From the NCBI GenBank assembly GCA_964016885.1, contig OZ024740.1, positions 248,682,001-248,746,000 of the forward strand: a stretch of DNA of 64,000 nt, in the 5' to 3' direction. The notes beneath the pieces were generated by a model that saw only the letters and a program-made list of their open reading frames with translations, did not search any database and was not told the origin of the DNA. The position numbers and the translations under genes are program-made. Below are positions 49,196-64,000 of the stretch, one piece after another (position 1 is the stretch's first letter; the number at the start of each line of letters is the position of its first letter). The stretch is from Eledone cirrhosa. Taxonomy: Eukaryota.

Positions 49196-52100
49196 GCAAT
49201 TTCACCAACACCAGAAACTAGATACACCACCTACCCCATCACCCCTCTGTGTACACTAAATACAACAGCCAGATAACGGCAATTTCCCCACCACCACCAC
49301 CACCAATCCCAGTATAATAATAATAATTACTATTATTATTGTCTCAAGTTTTAACAAAATGTTTAATTCCAATATTAAAGAAATATGTCAACACATATAT
49401 TAAACATACGCGACAAATGCATAGATACACAGATCAAACAAAACTACAGTCTATTCAACAAAACTCAGTAACGACAACGCCATCACTATAGTCACCGCCG
49501 CCACCACTCCATCCATCATTGCTACCACTATCCCATCACCGCCGCCACCACTCCTTCATTGCTACCACCACTATTCCCCCATTACCTTCTGTTAACTTAA
49601 GAAAGGGGAAGGTGGCGGTATCACTAGACAAGGGAGAGGCTAGCAAAGATATAAATAGATTGACTTAGTGACCCGGCCACCGGCCAAACGTCAACGACTA
49701 TGACACTGCTGGCTACCCCCTTCCCCACCAACAATAGAAAAATCCCCAGCACCACCACCGACATAGCCAACAACAATAACAGGCAACTTCAGCAAAAAGT
49801 ATATTATATTATTAATAATTTCATTCTTAAGCCACGCAATGCTCACATTAAGGAACCACTCATGAGAATAACAATTTAAAAAACAACAAAAAAGAAAACC
49901 CCGTGACCAAGAAATACCGAGATGGCGGCCGGCGGGGAATAGCCGTGTCTCTAGGGGAGGGTGACCCCTCTAGTCTTGGTTGACACTCGTCCTAGAAGTG
50001 GTAACACGAAATGATTACCCCTTGGCGGATAAGGATAAAACGCGACAAAATAAAGTAAATGTCTAATGATAAAATCTCATACCGGATCGGCCATCACCCG
50101 GGTCAAAAAGGGCCGCGTTCCTCAGAGAGGAACCAGACTGCGGTCGAAAAATCAGCTAATGGTTCAAACCTTCCCATCACTTCGGAGCTGGAGACCTCCC
50201 ATAACCGGAATACTCCTACTGTTGGCTCTCCATGCTCACCACCAAGAAATCCAAAGAAAAAGAGAGAAAAATGGTCAAGGGAAGATAATAAAGAAGTCCT
50301 TGAGGCTTTCTACACTGCCATGTACTACCCATCAAATACATCGAATACAGAACAGACATATATCAACTGGAAAAAGAAACATCCCGAAAACAGAGGCTAT
50401 ATTGACAGTAACAAACTAGCCAATACACGAAGAAATATTGTAAAAAAAAAGTTACTAACTGATATAGAAATTGATCAGATCAAGCTATTAGCACAAAGTC
50501 AGCGAAGGGAAAATGAAACATGTGTCAGTGAAAACGAGGTAAATTGTAACACTTCGAATCCCAGGGTTGGGGCGGAATCACTGACAACAGAACAAATTAA
50601 AGAAAGGATCGAAAAAGTGGAGGGAGTGCATGCTCAAGATGAAACTCCAAATGAAAACAATGAGATCGTAAATGATAAAGAAATGAATGAGAATGAACTT
50701 GCCAACTTGAAGGATGAAATTATGATCAAATGGATGAAAATGAAAGAATCTGACATGGGGGAACGAGACACCCTCCCTAAGATCCAGAACTCCAAACAGA
50801 ACCAAAAGATAATACACAAGACTAACATAATTCTCAAAAACATTATCAACACAAACAAACTAAACATTACTGATTTAAATCATCTCTATTATGCATCGGC
50901 TAAAGTCACCACTCACTTATGTGGAGTGAAGATGAAAAAACAAAGGAATTCACACAAGAAATCTACTTGGCAAGAGAACATCAATCGCCAAATAAACCTT
51001 TTCCGATCTGACATAGAATGTTAACAAACTATAAAGTAGGTGAACATGTTAAACAAACTAAACTAAAATTGAAAAGAAAGTACAGTATAAAATCAACAAG
51101 TGACATAGACATGCTGATAGAAATAATCAAGCAAAAAGTGTCGGCCAAAGCTGCTCGTATAAGGCGCTTTGAAAAACGATCTAGATTCTATAAGGACAAT
51201 AATATGTTCAAAAACAACCAAAGAAACTTCTACAGAAAAATTGGTAAGTCAACAATAACTGCTAAATCAATACCAACCAAGGAGGGAGTGCAAGAATTCT
51301 GGGATAAGATCTGGGCCGAAGAAAAAGTTCATAATATACATGCCCCATGGATAGACAGACAAATGAAAGATACAGCTCACCTTGAGGAACAAATATGGGA
51401 AAATATAACAGTTGAACAGTTGCGTTTGGCTCTAAGAAAAAACAGCAAATGGAAATCCCCAGGAAAAGACAAAATACAAAATTTTTGGATAAATGCCTTC
51501 ACAGAGTCTCATGAGCTGTTAGCCCAACTTTACAATGAAATAGTTAAGGAGCCAGAAAAGATACCATCATGGCTAGTTAACGGCATTACATTCCTGCTTC
51601 CGAAGAATGATGAGACAAACAATCCCAAAAATTACAGACCGATAACTTGCTTGACCACAATGTATAAAATTTTAACATCAGTCCTAACTGAATATACATA
51701 TGACCACCTGATAACAAATGACCTATTTCCCATTGAGCAGAAAGTGTGTAAACGAGGCTCATGTGGCTGTAAGGATCAGCTTTTGGTTAACAAAATGATA
51801 CTGGAAGATTGTCATAATAGACACAAAATTCTATCAATTGCTTGGATAGATTATAAAAAAGCATTCGATAGTTTGCCACACAGTTGGATTGAAAAATGTT
51901 TAGAGATTTTCAAAATATCTCCCGTTGTCAGGAGGTTTTTGTCATTCAGTATGAAGACATGGAAAACGACACTCCTTTTGAATAGTAAAACAAAATCACT
52001 GGAAGCTGGAGAAGTTAATATTAATTGTGGAATTTTTCAGGGTGACTCTTTATCACCGCTTTTATTCTGCATCGCACTTATACCATTAAGTAAAATGCTC

Positions 52101-53737
52101 AATGAAACAAAACATGAATATAAAGTCTATGACAAAACCATTAATCACTTGTTCTACATGGATGACCTGAAACTATTTGCAAAAAATTATGAACAATTGC
52201 AAGGGCTATTATCCACTGTGGAGCAGTTCAGTGATGACATTAAAATGGAGTTTGGACTAGATAAATGCGCCAAAGCAACGTTCACCAGAGGAAAGCTGCT
52301 GAAAAGTTCAGACATTAATCTTGATCGGGGGAATGTGATAAGAGAACTTGATCAAGAGGAAACTTACAAATATCTAGGTGTTTGTGAAGGAGACGGAATC
52401 AAGCACTCGACAATGAGGGAAAGGATAAGTAAGGAATATTACCGCAGAGTAAGAGCAATCTTAAGAACGGAATTGAATGCAAGGAATAGGATCGATGCCA
52501 TAAACACGCTTGCCATACCAGTAGTAACCTACAGTTACAATGTCATCAACTGGTCAAGCACAGAGATCCGTAGGCTCGATACAAAAATTCAAAAATTCTT
52601 AACCATGCACAGAATGCATCACCCTAAGGCAGATACAGATAGAATATATCTCCCTAGGAAAGAAGGAGGACGTGGGTTAATCCAGTTAGACATTGCGTTA
52701 AAAACTGCAACAATTGGATTATCTACATATCTAAGGGAATCACATGATTGGATGATCAAACTCGTTTTGAATAAAGAAAGCATCAAAAGATCATACTCCA
52801 TTACAAAAGATGCACAAAGATACAGTAACGGACTACAAAATTTAAGAAGTCCCATTTACTGCTGAAATGAAAAACACAGAAAAAGCAAGTAAAAGTCACT
52901 GCAAAGAAAGAACTGCTACAGAAACTGGCTAAGAAATGGCAAGAAAAGGCTCTGTATGGAAAATACCCAGAAACAGCTAACAATCCTGATGTTGACAAAA
53001 CTTTAACCCATCAGTGGTTGGCATCCTCTGGACTGAAATCTGAGACTGAAGGACTGATTATATCAGCACAAGATCAGTGTCTGCCAACAAAAAATTATCA
53101 AGCCAACATAATAAAAAATGAGCTGCACAATACATACATTGGATAATGTGTAAGAATTTTGACCTGCCCCATCAAAAGAATTGGTGGGCGCATCAACCAC
53201 CTCCCATACTTGAAAAAGATCACATCTCAATCTTGTGGAACTTTAGCATCCAAACAGACCGAAAAATAGATGCAAATAGACCTGATATAATACTGAAGGA
53301 CTTTAAAAAGAGGGTATGCCTGCTAATTGATATGTCCGTTCCAATAGACAAGAATGTATCTATAAAAACATTTGAAAAATTGAGCAAGTATAAGGACCTG
53401 GAGATAGAAATTGGAAAAATGTGGAAATTGAGAACTAAAACAATACCAGTGGTTGTAGGCGCTCTAGGAATGATACCTAAGGGGTCTAATGATTACTTAT
53501 CGCAAATCCCAGGAAACCCGCGTATAGGAGAAATACAAAGATAGTACTAATGGGAACTGCCCATATACTAAGGAAGATTCTGTCAATATAAGTACATCAC
53601 AAGTCTAAACACCTAAAGATGCATGTGTGTGTATGTATGTTCTTTCTTGAACATGGCGGAACTTGTTGTCTCTTGAGGTCACTGGTTGTGACTTGGTGAT
53701 AACTCGTATGAACATAAAGCAAGATAAATGCAGCTGT
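49196..53737 (+). mobile_element. R4/Dong family B copy 3; ORF 50059-53591 frameshifted with the zinc knuckle deleted
   Basis: Matches B2; frameshifts near 51020 and 52840; deletion near 53120 removes CCHC and RHD; (AAT)n then (TA)n tail. Confidence 0.92.
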
Positions 53738-53935
53738 AATAATAATAATAATAATAATTATATATATATATATATATATATATACCCCAGCCAGCTTACA
53801 ATCACCAATGCCAGCAACAATACTGTCTCCCACCCATAATATAACCGCTACAAGAGGAATCTAGCCATATGGGTACTGGGCGGCGAGGTTAACGACACGT
53901 CGGACTTGCAGCATATCAATGGAAAATTACATCTC

Positions 53936-54007
53936 GATTCGTCTGAAGAGAACGTGTAAGGTGGTTATTATATAACTACCTTACGTCTTCGAAATACGTA
54001 TAACGAT
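53936..54007 (+). ncRNA. Type I hammerhead ribozyme, PLE-type with palindromic minimal stem III
   Basis: UCGU-CUGAAGA-[stem II GUAAGGUGGUUAU/AUAACUACCUUAC]-GAAA-UACGUA-UA-ACGA; all core nucleotides present. Confidence 0.8.
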
Positions 54008-54019
54008 CTAGATATTAAT

Positions 54020-54200
54020 TGTTTCTACTTTTGGCACAAGGCCAGCAAATACACAGTACATTATTGATATTTTATTTTATCGACCCCGTATGAAAGGCAA
54101 AGTTGACCTCGACGGATTTGAACTCAGAATGGAAAGGGCCGTAATTCTATGCCTGAAAACATGACGTCCGACCCTCTACCGATACTGCCAATCCACAATG
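54020..54200 (-). mobile_element. tRNA-derived SINE with 13-bp target-site duplication
   Basis: Reverse complement of the 1690 family; TCTAGATATTAAT at 54007-54019 and 54201-54213. Confidence 0.88.
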
Positions 54201-54375
54201 TCTAGATATTAATATGAAGATTAACGAATAAAACCGTCTCTCTTATTTATTATACTAAAATTCCGGACGATACTTTACAGAAAAAATCCTAAGGGACACA
54301 AACCGTGGAGTGCTTCACGTCTGTTTAAGAATAAGTGGCCAGATTTTTTAACAACCAACTTTCTTCAACTGAATA

Positions 54376-54384
<9 letters not shown>

Positions 54385-54468
<84 letters not shown>
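54385..54468. repeat. (TA)n(TG)n compound microsatellite
   Basis: Direct inspection. Confidence 0.97.
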
Positions 54469-54469
<1 letters not shown>

Positions 54470-54559
54470 TCTTCGTCGGCTCTGTAGCCAGGATCACTCA
54501 TTTCCTTCACATGGTTTCCCGCTTCATCCACTGTGGATATCCCCACCTTGATCCAAGCT

Positions 54560-55720
54560 GCCCACACCCGCGCCCGTGAACCCGACCGTTACACGGCCCT
54601 CTCACACCAACATCCACTTTCCTTTCCTCCTCACCTACCATCCCATCACCCTATCTCTCCGGTGACATATCCTCCTTTGCTTCCGCACCCTTTCTTCTAA
54701 CCACGTCACATCTCGCTTTTTCCAAACCCACCTATCACCGCCTTTAAGCGCGCCCGTAATTCCCTCAACCTCATGGTACGTATTTCCTTCCCTTCATCTC
54801 CTACGACTCCACCCGACTCTCGTCCCCGCTGTAACACCTGTTCCTTCATTTCTAACCTTCTCACAGGCACCAATGGTCCATTCCGTTTCCGCAACTCCTT
54901 CACCTGCACATAGTCTATGCCCTCGGGTGTTCCATTTGCGGGTCCTTATGCATATCTCTTCCATACATATCTCAGTCCTTGGTGTTCTTTTATATCACGG
55001 ATCACAGGCCTCGAACACCAGGACTGAGCAGAGTCGGATTTTCTGTCTTGGGACCAGTTTCCCCAATGGACTGTACTCCCCTCCCCAATTTCTGTAATAT
55101 TACACACATAAGCTCGTGGTTACTTCTCTACCTCTTCCCACCTCACCTTTACCCCGTCCGTTGTCACACGCGCACGTACATTCACCCCCAAGGTTCCTAT
55201 GGCTCTGTTAGGGTCAGAAACATACATTCATGCAGCTTGTACAGACCAACAAAAAACGCACACACTTCTATATTTACCTTCACAGCTCTGTACACATACA
55301 CACACACAAACACACACACACACACACACATACACGCACTTATATATCATACACATTTGCTCACTTCTTACTTACAAACACACACTCCTTTACTTACATA
55401 TACACCCACATATCCTCTTAGCTGCGAACGGACGTATAAAAACACATACACACAAGCACACGTACAGCTCTATATACAAAACTATTTTTTTTTCTTTCAG
55501 AAAGACGCGCTCGATCACCACCTTTTCAAAAAGTGTATCATACACAAAATTCCAGCCCCAAGTTTTCTAAGAGATGGTAACATGAATGAACCTGTTAGTT
55601 TTTTCTCGTTTCCACCCTGCTCGTCTCAATCTTTCTATTTCTTCTTTAATTTCTCATTCTATCATATGATGAAGGACTAGCGTCCAAAACGTTAAGACAC
55701 TTTTCCTAGTATATCAAGCG
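54560..55720 (+). mobile_element. Degenerate Penelope-like 3' region (GIY-YIG linker plus hammerhead remnant)
   Basis: PPITAFKRARNSLNLMVR..PRCNTCSFISN..FTCT; ATGATGAAGGAC-TAGC-GTCCAAAACGTTA at 55666-55694. Confidence 0.55.
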
Positions 55721-56002
55721 AGAAACTAATAATATATTTCTTCATTGTACTGTGTCGATTGCTTTGTTATTTCTATTTGCCTTTTGCATATATATATATA
55801 TATACAAAATTTAGTACAGCATCAACGAAGCCATGGCTGCAGCCAAGCTAATGAATGCAGTTTCGGTGTGTAGCTAAGCACTCGGATAGGTTATATAACC
55901 CTAGAGTTATAACATTACGTTTAGACAGCTTTGCAAAATGAAGACACCAACCGATAGAAGGGCCGCAGTGACCATAACCACGAAAAAGACTGAACTCAGG
56001 AA

Positions 56003-56033
<31 letters not shown>

Positions 56034-56491
56034 TTCTGTGTCTATCTGTCTCTGTGCCTTCTTCTTTTGCATTTCCAAGCGGCTCGACCAAATCAAATCA
56101 AATATTTAGAATTAGACCCCGGGAGTGTCAACATACAATTTTTATTTTCATTTGAATTAAAGCAATATGACATTTTAACTAAAATAATCTACTATAGACA
56201 ACTGTAAGTAAACGGATATTTTATAACACGACGACGACGTCACATTTTGTATATGAGTGTGTATGTGTCTGTGAGTGTGTATGTGTGTGTGCGTTTGTTA
56301 CGTACGTTACGCGTTAGTAACTTACATACACACACATCTTTACGTAAATACTTAATTACACACACACACATCTACACATACATATACATAAATATTTCGC
56401 GGCCAACGTCTCCGATTCAAAAGCTGGTTTACACTCACACAAACACACGCACACATACACATTTATATACAATTATCTATCTATCTATATC

Positions 56492-59400
56492 ATTAGAGAA
56501 AGGGCAAGGAGATGTTAAGCTGTCCACGAATGCACATGGTTGCCTATTCAGATCACAAGTTAGTCGTCTGCTTAGTCAACCGTGATAGAATACATAGGAC
56601 CCGGATACTGGAAGCTGAACGTGTCGTTGCCGGCACGTAAAGCTTACAGTGAACAGATAAGTAGACTAGTCAAGCAACAGTTAAAGGGAGCCATCGTCAA
56701 CAATAGATGGTGGTACTCTCTCAAGAAATCAATTAGAATAGAATCGATGGGGTATAGCAGAGAGTTAGCCTTAGAGAAAAACAAAACAGAAACAGAACTA
56801 GTAGCCAATGTAGAGTAGGCACTTAGAAGTGGCAACGCGGCTAGAGTGTTAGCGTCGAGAACGGCACTGGACCAGTTCTTCGATGCGAAATACGAAGGCT
56901 GCGTGGTCAGAAGCAAAACACGTGCTCTAGGAAACGAAGGAGCGAAAGCTGTCAGCTGGGCCCGAGTGGCGGAGGCAAAAAGTGGCAACAAGTTCACGAA
57001 TCAGTCTTTGAAAGACCAAAACGGACGCGTGCTACTTGACCCCAAGCAAATGTGCGCGGCCTTTCAGCGGCACTTTGCGCAACTTTTTGAGCAGAACGAC
57101 GGTAAGCCGAACGGGGCAATTGACTTTAGTTCATACCTCGATGGCCTGCCGCGTCTCTCGAACACGGACGCCGAGTTCTGCGAAAGACCGATCACAGCCA
57201 CTGAGATACGGGACGCTCTGGGCCGCTGCGGGAAAAGCAAGTCACCCGGTCTAGATGGTCTACCCTACGAGTTTTACATAGGCACGCCGGACTTGTTCTC
57301 TGGCGTCCTCGAAGCCGTCTACTGTAACTGGCAGCAGAACGGGAGAATTCCCAGTTCTGCAGGCAAGGGCGTAGTAACGCTGATCAGGAAAGACGAGAAC
57401 AAGGGGAACGAAATTAACAACTTCAGGCCCATAAATCTGCTCAACACAGAGTTAAAGATTTTGGCCAAGGTGCTAGCTATGAGGTTGGCGCTTGTCGTCG
57501 AGAACCTGGTAGGGAAAGCGCAAACGTGTGCAATCCCGACCAGGTCCATACACAACAACCTCCACCTCATGCGATACATCATAGAGAGGGTGGGTAGTAA
57601 ACCCGTCTTCGGTGGGGCTCTGATCAACTTGGATCAGTCTAAGGCATTCGATAGGGTCGACCATCGATACTTGGAAGCGGTTCTCAAGGCGGCCGGTTTC
57701 GGTCCCGTGTTCAGAGGATGGATCGAGGCGATGCACACCAGCATCTGCTCGAGGGTCAAGGTGAACGGCTACCTATCGGAGCCGTTCGCAATCACGCGTT
57801 CCATTCGACAGGGGTGCCCTTTCTCCTCCATTCTGTATGTATTGACTCTAGAGCCACTACTGCGGAAATTGGAGCTGTTGCAGGGCATCACTCTAGAACC
57901 GGGACAACGCAAAGCGGTGGCCCTTATGCCGACGACGTGACGGTAATGGTGTCGAGCACCTCGGAAATCGGGGTGATCGGCAACTTACTGAAAGAATACG
58001 AAACGCTGACGGGAGCAAAACTAAACCCGGACAAGTCTGTCGGTTTGCAACACATGGAGAGGCAAACCGATGACGTCCGACAGCGTCGTTGGACGCTGGA
58101 CGGACGAACCGGTGAAATTGCTCGGGGTCTGGATCGGTCCAGACCTCCAGGTGGAGAAAAACTGGAACGAGGTCACGGCCAAGGTATTTGCACTCACCCA
58201 GAAGTGGGCAGAGTGCAAACTGTCCTTGAAAGGTCGAGCGGAGGTGGCGAACACTTTCATAGCGTCCGTCATCTATTACCGCTTGATTGTCGTACTTTGT
58301 CCCCGTGAACACCTCGCCAAGATGGAACGCATGCTCTTCCAGTTTCTGTGGAAGAAGCAGGCTCCGCTGGTGAGGAGATCCGTCTGCTGTCAGCACCCTT
58401 CCAACGGAGGGCTGGGAATGCCGTGGTTGATGATGCGCAAACATGAGCTGAGGCTGCGGCATCTCCAGGTATTCCTCACCGACCCCCAACCGGTGTGGGC
58501 ACCGTTTGTGAGACAGGCTTTCCCACAGCTTGTCTCGCTGACGAAGTTGCAGTCCTGGGTCAAGAAAAGACCGACAACGATGGGCGCCTGGCACATTGAA
58601 GGCGCTCAGGCGTTCACAGTCCTCTGGCAAGCGGGCACAGCAATCAGTGGAGACTCCACTTCGACATTCTATAGAGGGATTGTACGTTACAAGGGCGACG
58701 GCGTGCTCGGAGAGACTCTGGGCGTCGAAGACGATAAGTTCACCAGTCTGTTTGGTGGGGCTTTCCGCCCGGGACCTATGGACAACTTCCAGAGGTCCCT
58801 GGCCTGGCAGTGCTACCGAGGAGCTCTACCGGTTCGTGACAAGATTTACAGGCACGGACGCTCCGGCAGGGATCCTTCCGAGAGGACGTGTCCAAGATGC
58901 GCGCAGGACATTGAAACCGTCCTGCACGCAATTGTACACTGCCCGGGCGTAACCGACCTGTAGAACTATGCAGAACAACTGCTGTCGCGTATGGGACAAA
59001 TCCAGTTGACTGCCGAGTCCATAGTAAGGATCAAACCGCCAGCCTCTTTCAAAAACGAAAGAGAAGCGGTTTTCCTCTGTACGGTGGGTATGGTGAAAGA
59101 AGTTATATGGTGGACGAGGTTGAGAGGACTGAGGACAGATGCCTTTCTCTCCGGACAACAATTGATTCCCTTCTTTAAGTATCACTTTAGAAGGAGAATC
59201 AGGGTGGAGAGAGAGGCACTGCACCCCAGTAAATTTACTGAAAGGTGGGTGAATGTGGCAAGAATGACCTCTCGCCTCTCTCTCGCTTCTCTCTGTATAT
59301 AAACCTGTAGGTTGAAGAAGAGAGCAAAAGGAAGAAAGGAGCACTTGCACAACACGCTCCTGGAGTTGAGGGTTGTTCTATCGACGGGGTATTAAACAAC

Positions 59401-59554
59401 CCATTTGTGGCGCCTCCTCCCTATTGGGGATTTCGATTGTTGTAATTGTTTGTTTTTATATTTTTTACACGATTGTATGTAAAATCCCCGGCATATCTTT
59501 GTATTGTCCCCTTGTCTTGCTTGTCTTGTGCGCGCTTGTGGCTAATAAAGAAAT
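56492..59554 (+). mobile_element. L1/Tx1 family L1-c, 5'-truncated and decayed
   Basis: GPGYWKLN, KSPGLDGLP, DQSKAFDRV, RQGCPFS, CPRC; ends AATAAAGAAAT followed by (CT)n. Confidence 0.92.
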
Positions 59555-59558
59555 CTCT

Positions 59559-59636
<78 letters not shown>
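59555..59636. repeat. (CT)n(AT)n microsatellite, mirrored at 62426-62530
   Basis: Direct inspection. Confidence 0.95.
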
Positions 59637-59639
<3 letters not shown>

Positions 59640-59640
<1 letters not shown>

Positions 59641-61710
59641 ATAGGGAGAAAAAGACGATTATTAGGAAGAACATTTTTTTTTCCCTTTTATTTTTTTCTC
59701 TTTTTTCTGGGTGAGAAAATGTTTAAAACAAAATATTTTACTTTGTGTGAAGTGTTAAGGTATTAGTTAATTTATTTATTAATTAACAATCGCATTTATT
59801 TATTTATTAATTAACAATGGCATTTACTTATTTATATATTTAATAATTGTCTATTACCGGTTTCAGCGTTTTATGCATTATCAAAGGGGGAATTTGTATT
59901 GGTGTAAAATGTTGGTGATGTTGATCATGTTAAGGAAATGGTGAAGAAAAAATAATGTTATTTACAAACAAGGTTTTTGAAATGAAAAGAAAAAAGAACA
60001 AAGAAAAAAAAGGGGGGGGGGGTAATGTGGAACATAATAAGGTAATGAGAAAGAAAAAATAATATTATTTACAGGCATAGTTCTTGAAGATAAGCAGTTC
60101 GAAATGTGTTATTATGGCAAGAGCGCTTAGTTGATCCATGATGGAGGCAAATGGTAGTCTGAGGTTTGATATGATTTACCTTTTTAGAGAGTTAATATGC
60201 AGGGGGAGGTAATTCAAGGTGGTCAGGTAGGGGGGAGAGAAATGAGAGGGGGTAATTCATTTATATGAGAAAGTGGATTAGGTAGGGTGTTAAGGAGATA
60301 ACTCTTTAGAGAACATAGGAATTATGTTTTTGTTCATTGTTCGTTCCAGTTTTAGTTTAGTCCGAAGTTTAGTCCATTAAGTAGAAATTGGAATTTGTTA
60401 ATGAAGTACGTTTCCTTATTGGTACGATGGATGAAAGAAGCGTTATCTATGAACTTGTAATGAGGAACATTTTTAAATTTGGATGTTGGTTAGGTGCACA
60501 ATTGGCGATATGTTCACTAAAAGCAATCTTTCTGTATTCCTGTATTTTGATTCGTGATCTATGGACGGTCATACGTTGTCGGAGGCTGTTTTTTGTCTGT
60601 CCTATCTAGTTCTCTTGACAACCTGAACAGGTCAAAACATAGATTAGGTTTTCAGATGCACATGTAAAGTTGTGTTTAACTGTGAAATGTTGTCCTTGTT
60701 TAAAATGGAATGTTGAACCTTCTATTAGATTTATGCATATGCCACAGTTGGGCCTTCCGCGTTTTTTTACTGTAGGGTTCATTGTGAGGGTTGGTTGGAA
60801 TTTGGCTTGTGTGAGGATGTTTTTTATGGATTTAGGTTGTCTTTTGCTCTTTATGATATTGTGTGTTTGGAGTATTTTGTTCATTCTTGGGTCTCTTTTT
60901 AGTAAAGGAATGTTCTGGAGGATGGTGTCGAATGCCACATTGTTGAGGGGGTTGTGTGTGGAGATGTATGGTAGAGTTTTCTGTTGCGGTTCATTCCTGG
61001 GTTTGGGGTGTCTGAGTTCCTGGGTGTTAAGTTTTAGGGCACGTTGGAATCCATTGTTGATTAGGGATGGTGGGTAGTTTCTGCTGATAAGTGTGTTCTT
61101 TAATTCTTCTAGTCGTGTGTAGCAAGTGTATTTATCTGAAAATATAAGGGATTGCCATTTTGGTATGGCGAGGATGGCACGAGTTAAATGGAAGATATTG
61201 TTTGGAGTCTGTGGGTTTATAGTATATGTATGTTTCTATTTTGTTGTTTGTTTTCTTCATGAGGATGTCGAGGAAAGGGGGTTGTTCATGGCTGTAATCC
61301 ATTGTAAATTGTAAGTTTGTGTTGAGTCCATTCAGAAGGGTTTTGAACTCAATCAGTCTATCTATACTTTCATGCCAGAGGAGGAAGCGGTCGTCCACAT
61401 ATCTCTTCCTGTTTTTTCTACGTGTAGGTAGAAGTGGTTACCATATTTGTCTAGAACTTTGCAGTAGAGGGTGGTTTCCAAATATCCCATGACAAGGTTG
61501 GCGTATGAGGAGGCTACTTTCGTGCCCGTGGCAGTCCCGGATTTCTGTCTGTAGTATTTGGCATCGAATTCGAAGAAGTTGTTTTCCAAGATGAATTTGA
61601 GTCCCTCCAACACAAACTCTTTGGGGATGCGCTGTGGAATATCACTAGGGAAATGTTCAAGCCAGAATTGTATTGCCTCTATACCTAGGTTGTGTGGGAT
61701 ATTGGAGAAC
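59640..61710 (-). mobile_element. Penelope-like element, 5'-truncated (RT, GIY-YIG and 3' terminal region)
   Basis: NIPHNLG, GTATGTKVASSYANLVMGYLE, YVDD, YYKPTDSKQYL..SCHP, NLIYVLTCSGCQEN*IGQT. Confidence 0.9.
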
Positions 61711-61775
61711 ATACCCTACTAGTAACCTTTGATGTCTTAAATCTATATTTCAATATCCCACACAACCTAAGTATA

Positions 61776-64000
<2,225 letters not shown>

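Noticed and set aside
55485-55580. Strong acceptor TTTTCTTTCAG as the next LRRC42-like exon
   Set aside because: Lies inside a PLE remnant, and phase-1 joining gives an immediate TAA; no protein similarity.
54979-55680. 233-aa ORF
   Set aside because: Spans decayed PLE sequence and CA-rich repeats; no coherent domain.

Overview
Eukaryotic, repeat-saturated DNA. The SINE/MITE families and R4/Dong abundance resemble those of octopus (coleoid cephalopod) genomes; this is an inference. The only host-gene sequence recognised is two GT-AG exons on + (12060-12148, 13899-14082) resembling LRRC42. 0.7-11.4 kb is a nested Penelope-like element (PLE) / Gypsy / L1-Tx1 tangle with an internal inversion. 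15.4-53.8 kb is a ~38 kb array built in (AAT)n microsatellite, probably intronic. It holds eight co-oriented R4/Dong-clade (RT plus restriction-like endonuclease) non-LTR copies or fragments from two divergent families (A x5, B x3; one B ORF intact), plus two antisense L1-Tx1 copies. 53.8-64 kb holds PLE remnants, one well-formed type I hammerhead ribozyme, and a >2 kb inverted repeat around a PLE. Most interesting: the two R4 families share and shuffle a ~1.2 kb 5' leader, each ending in a family-specific pseudoknot-like RNA just before the ATG (one shows covariation between copies), and a SINE target-site duplication has duplicated a host splice acceptor. All identifications are by eye or from recalled motifs; no database searches were run.
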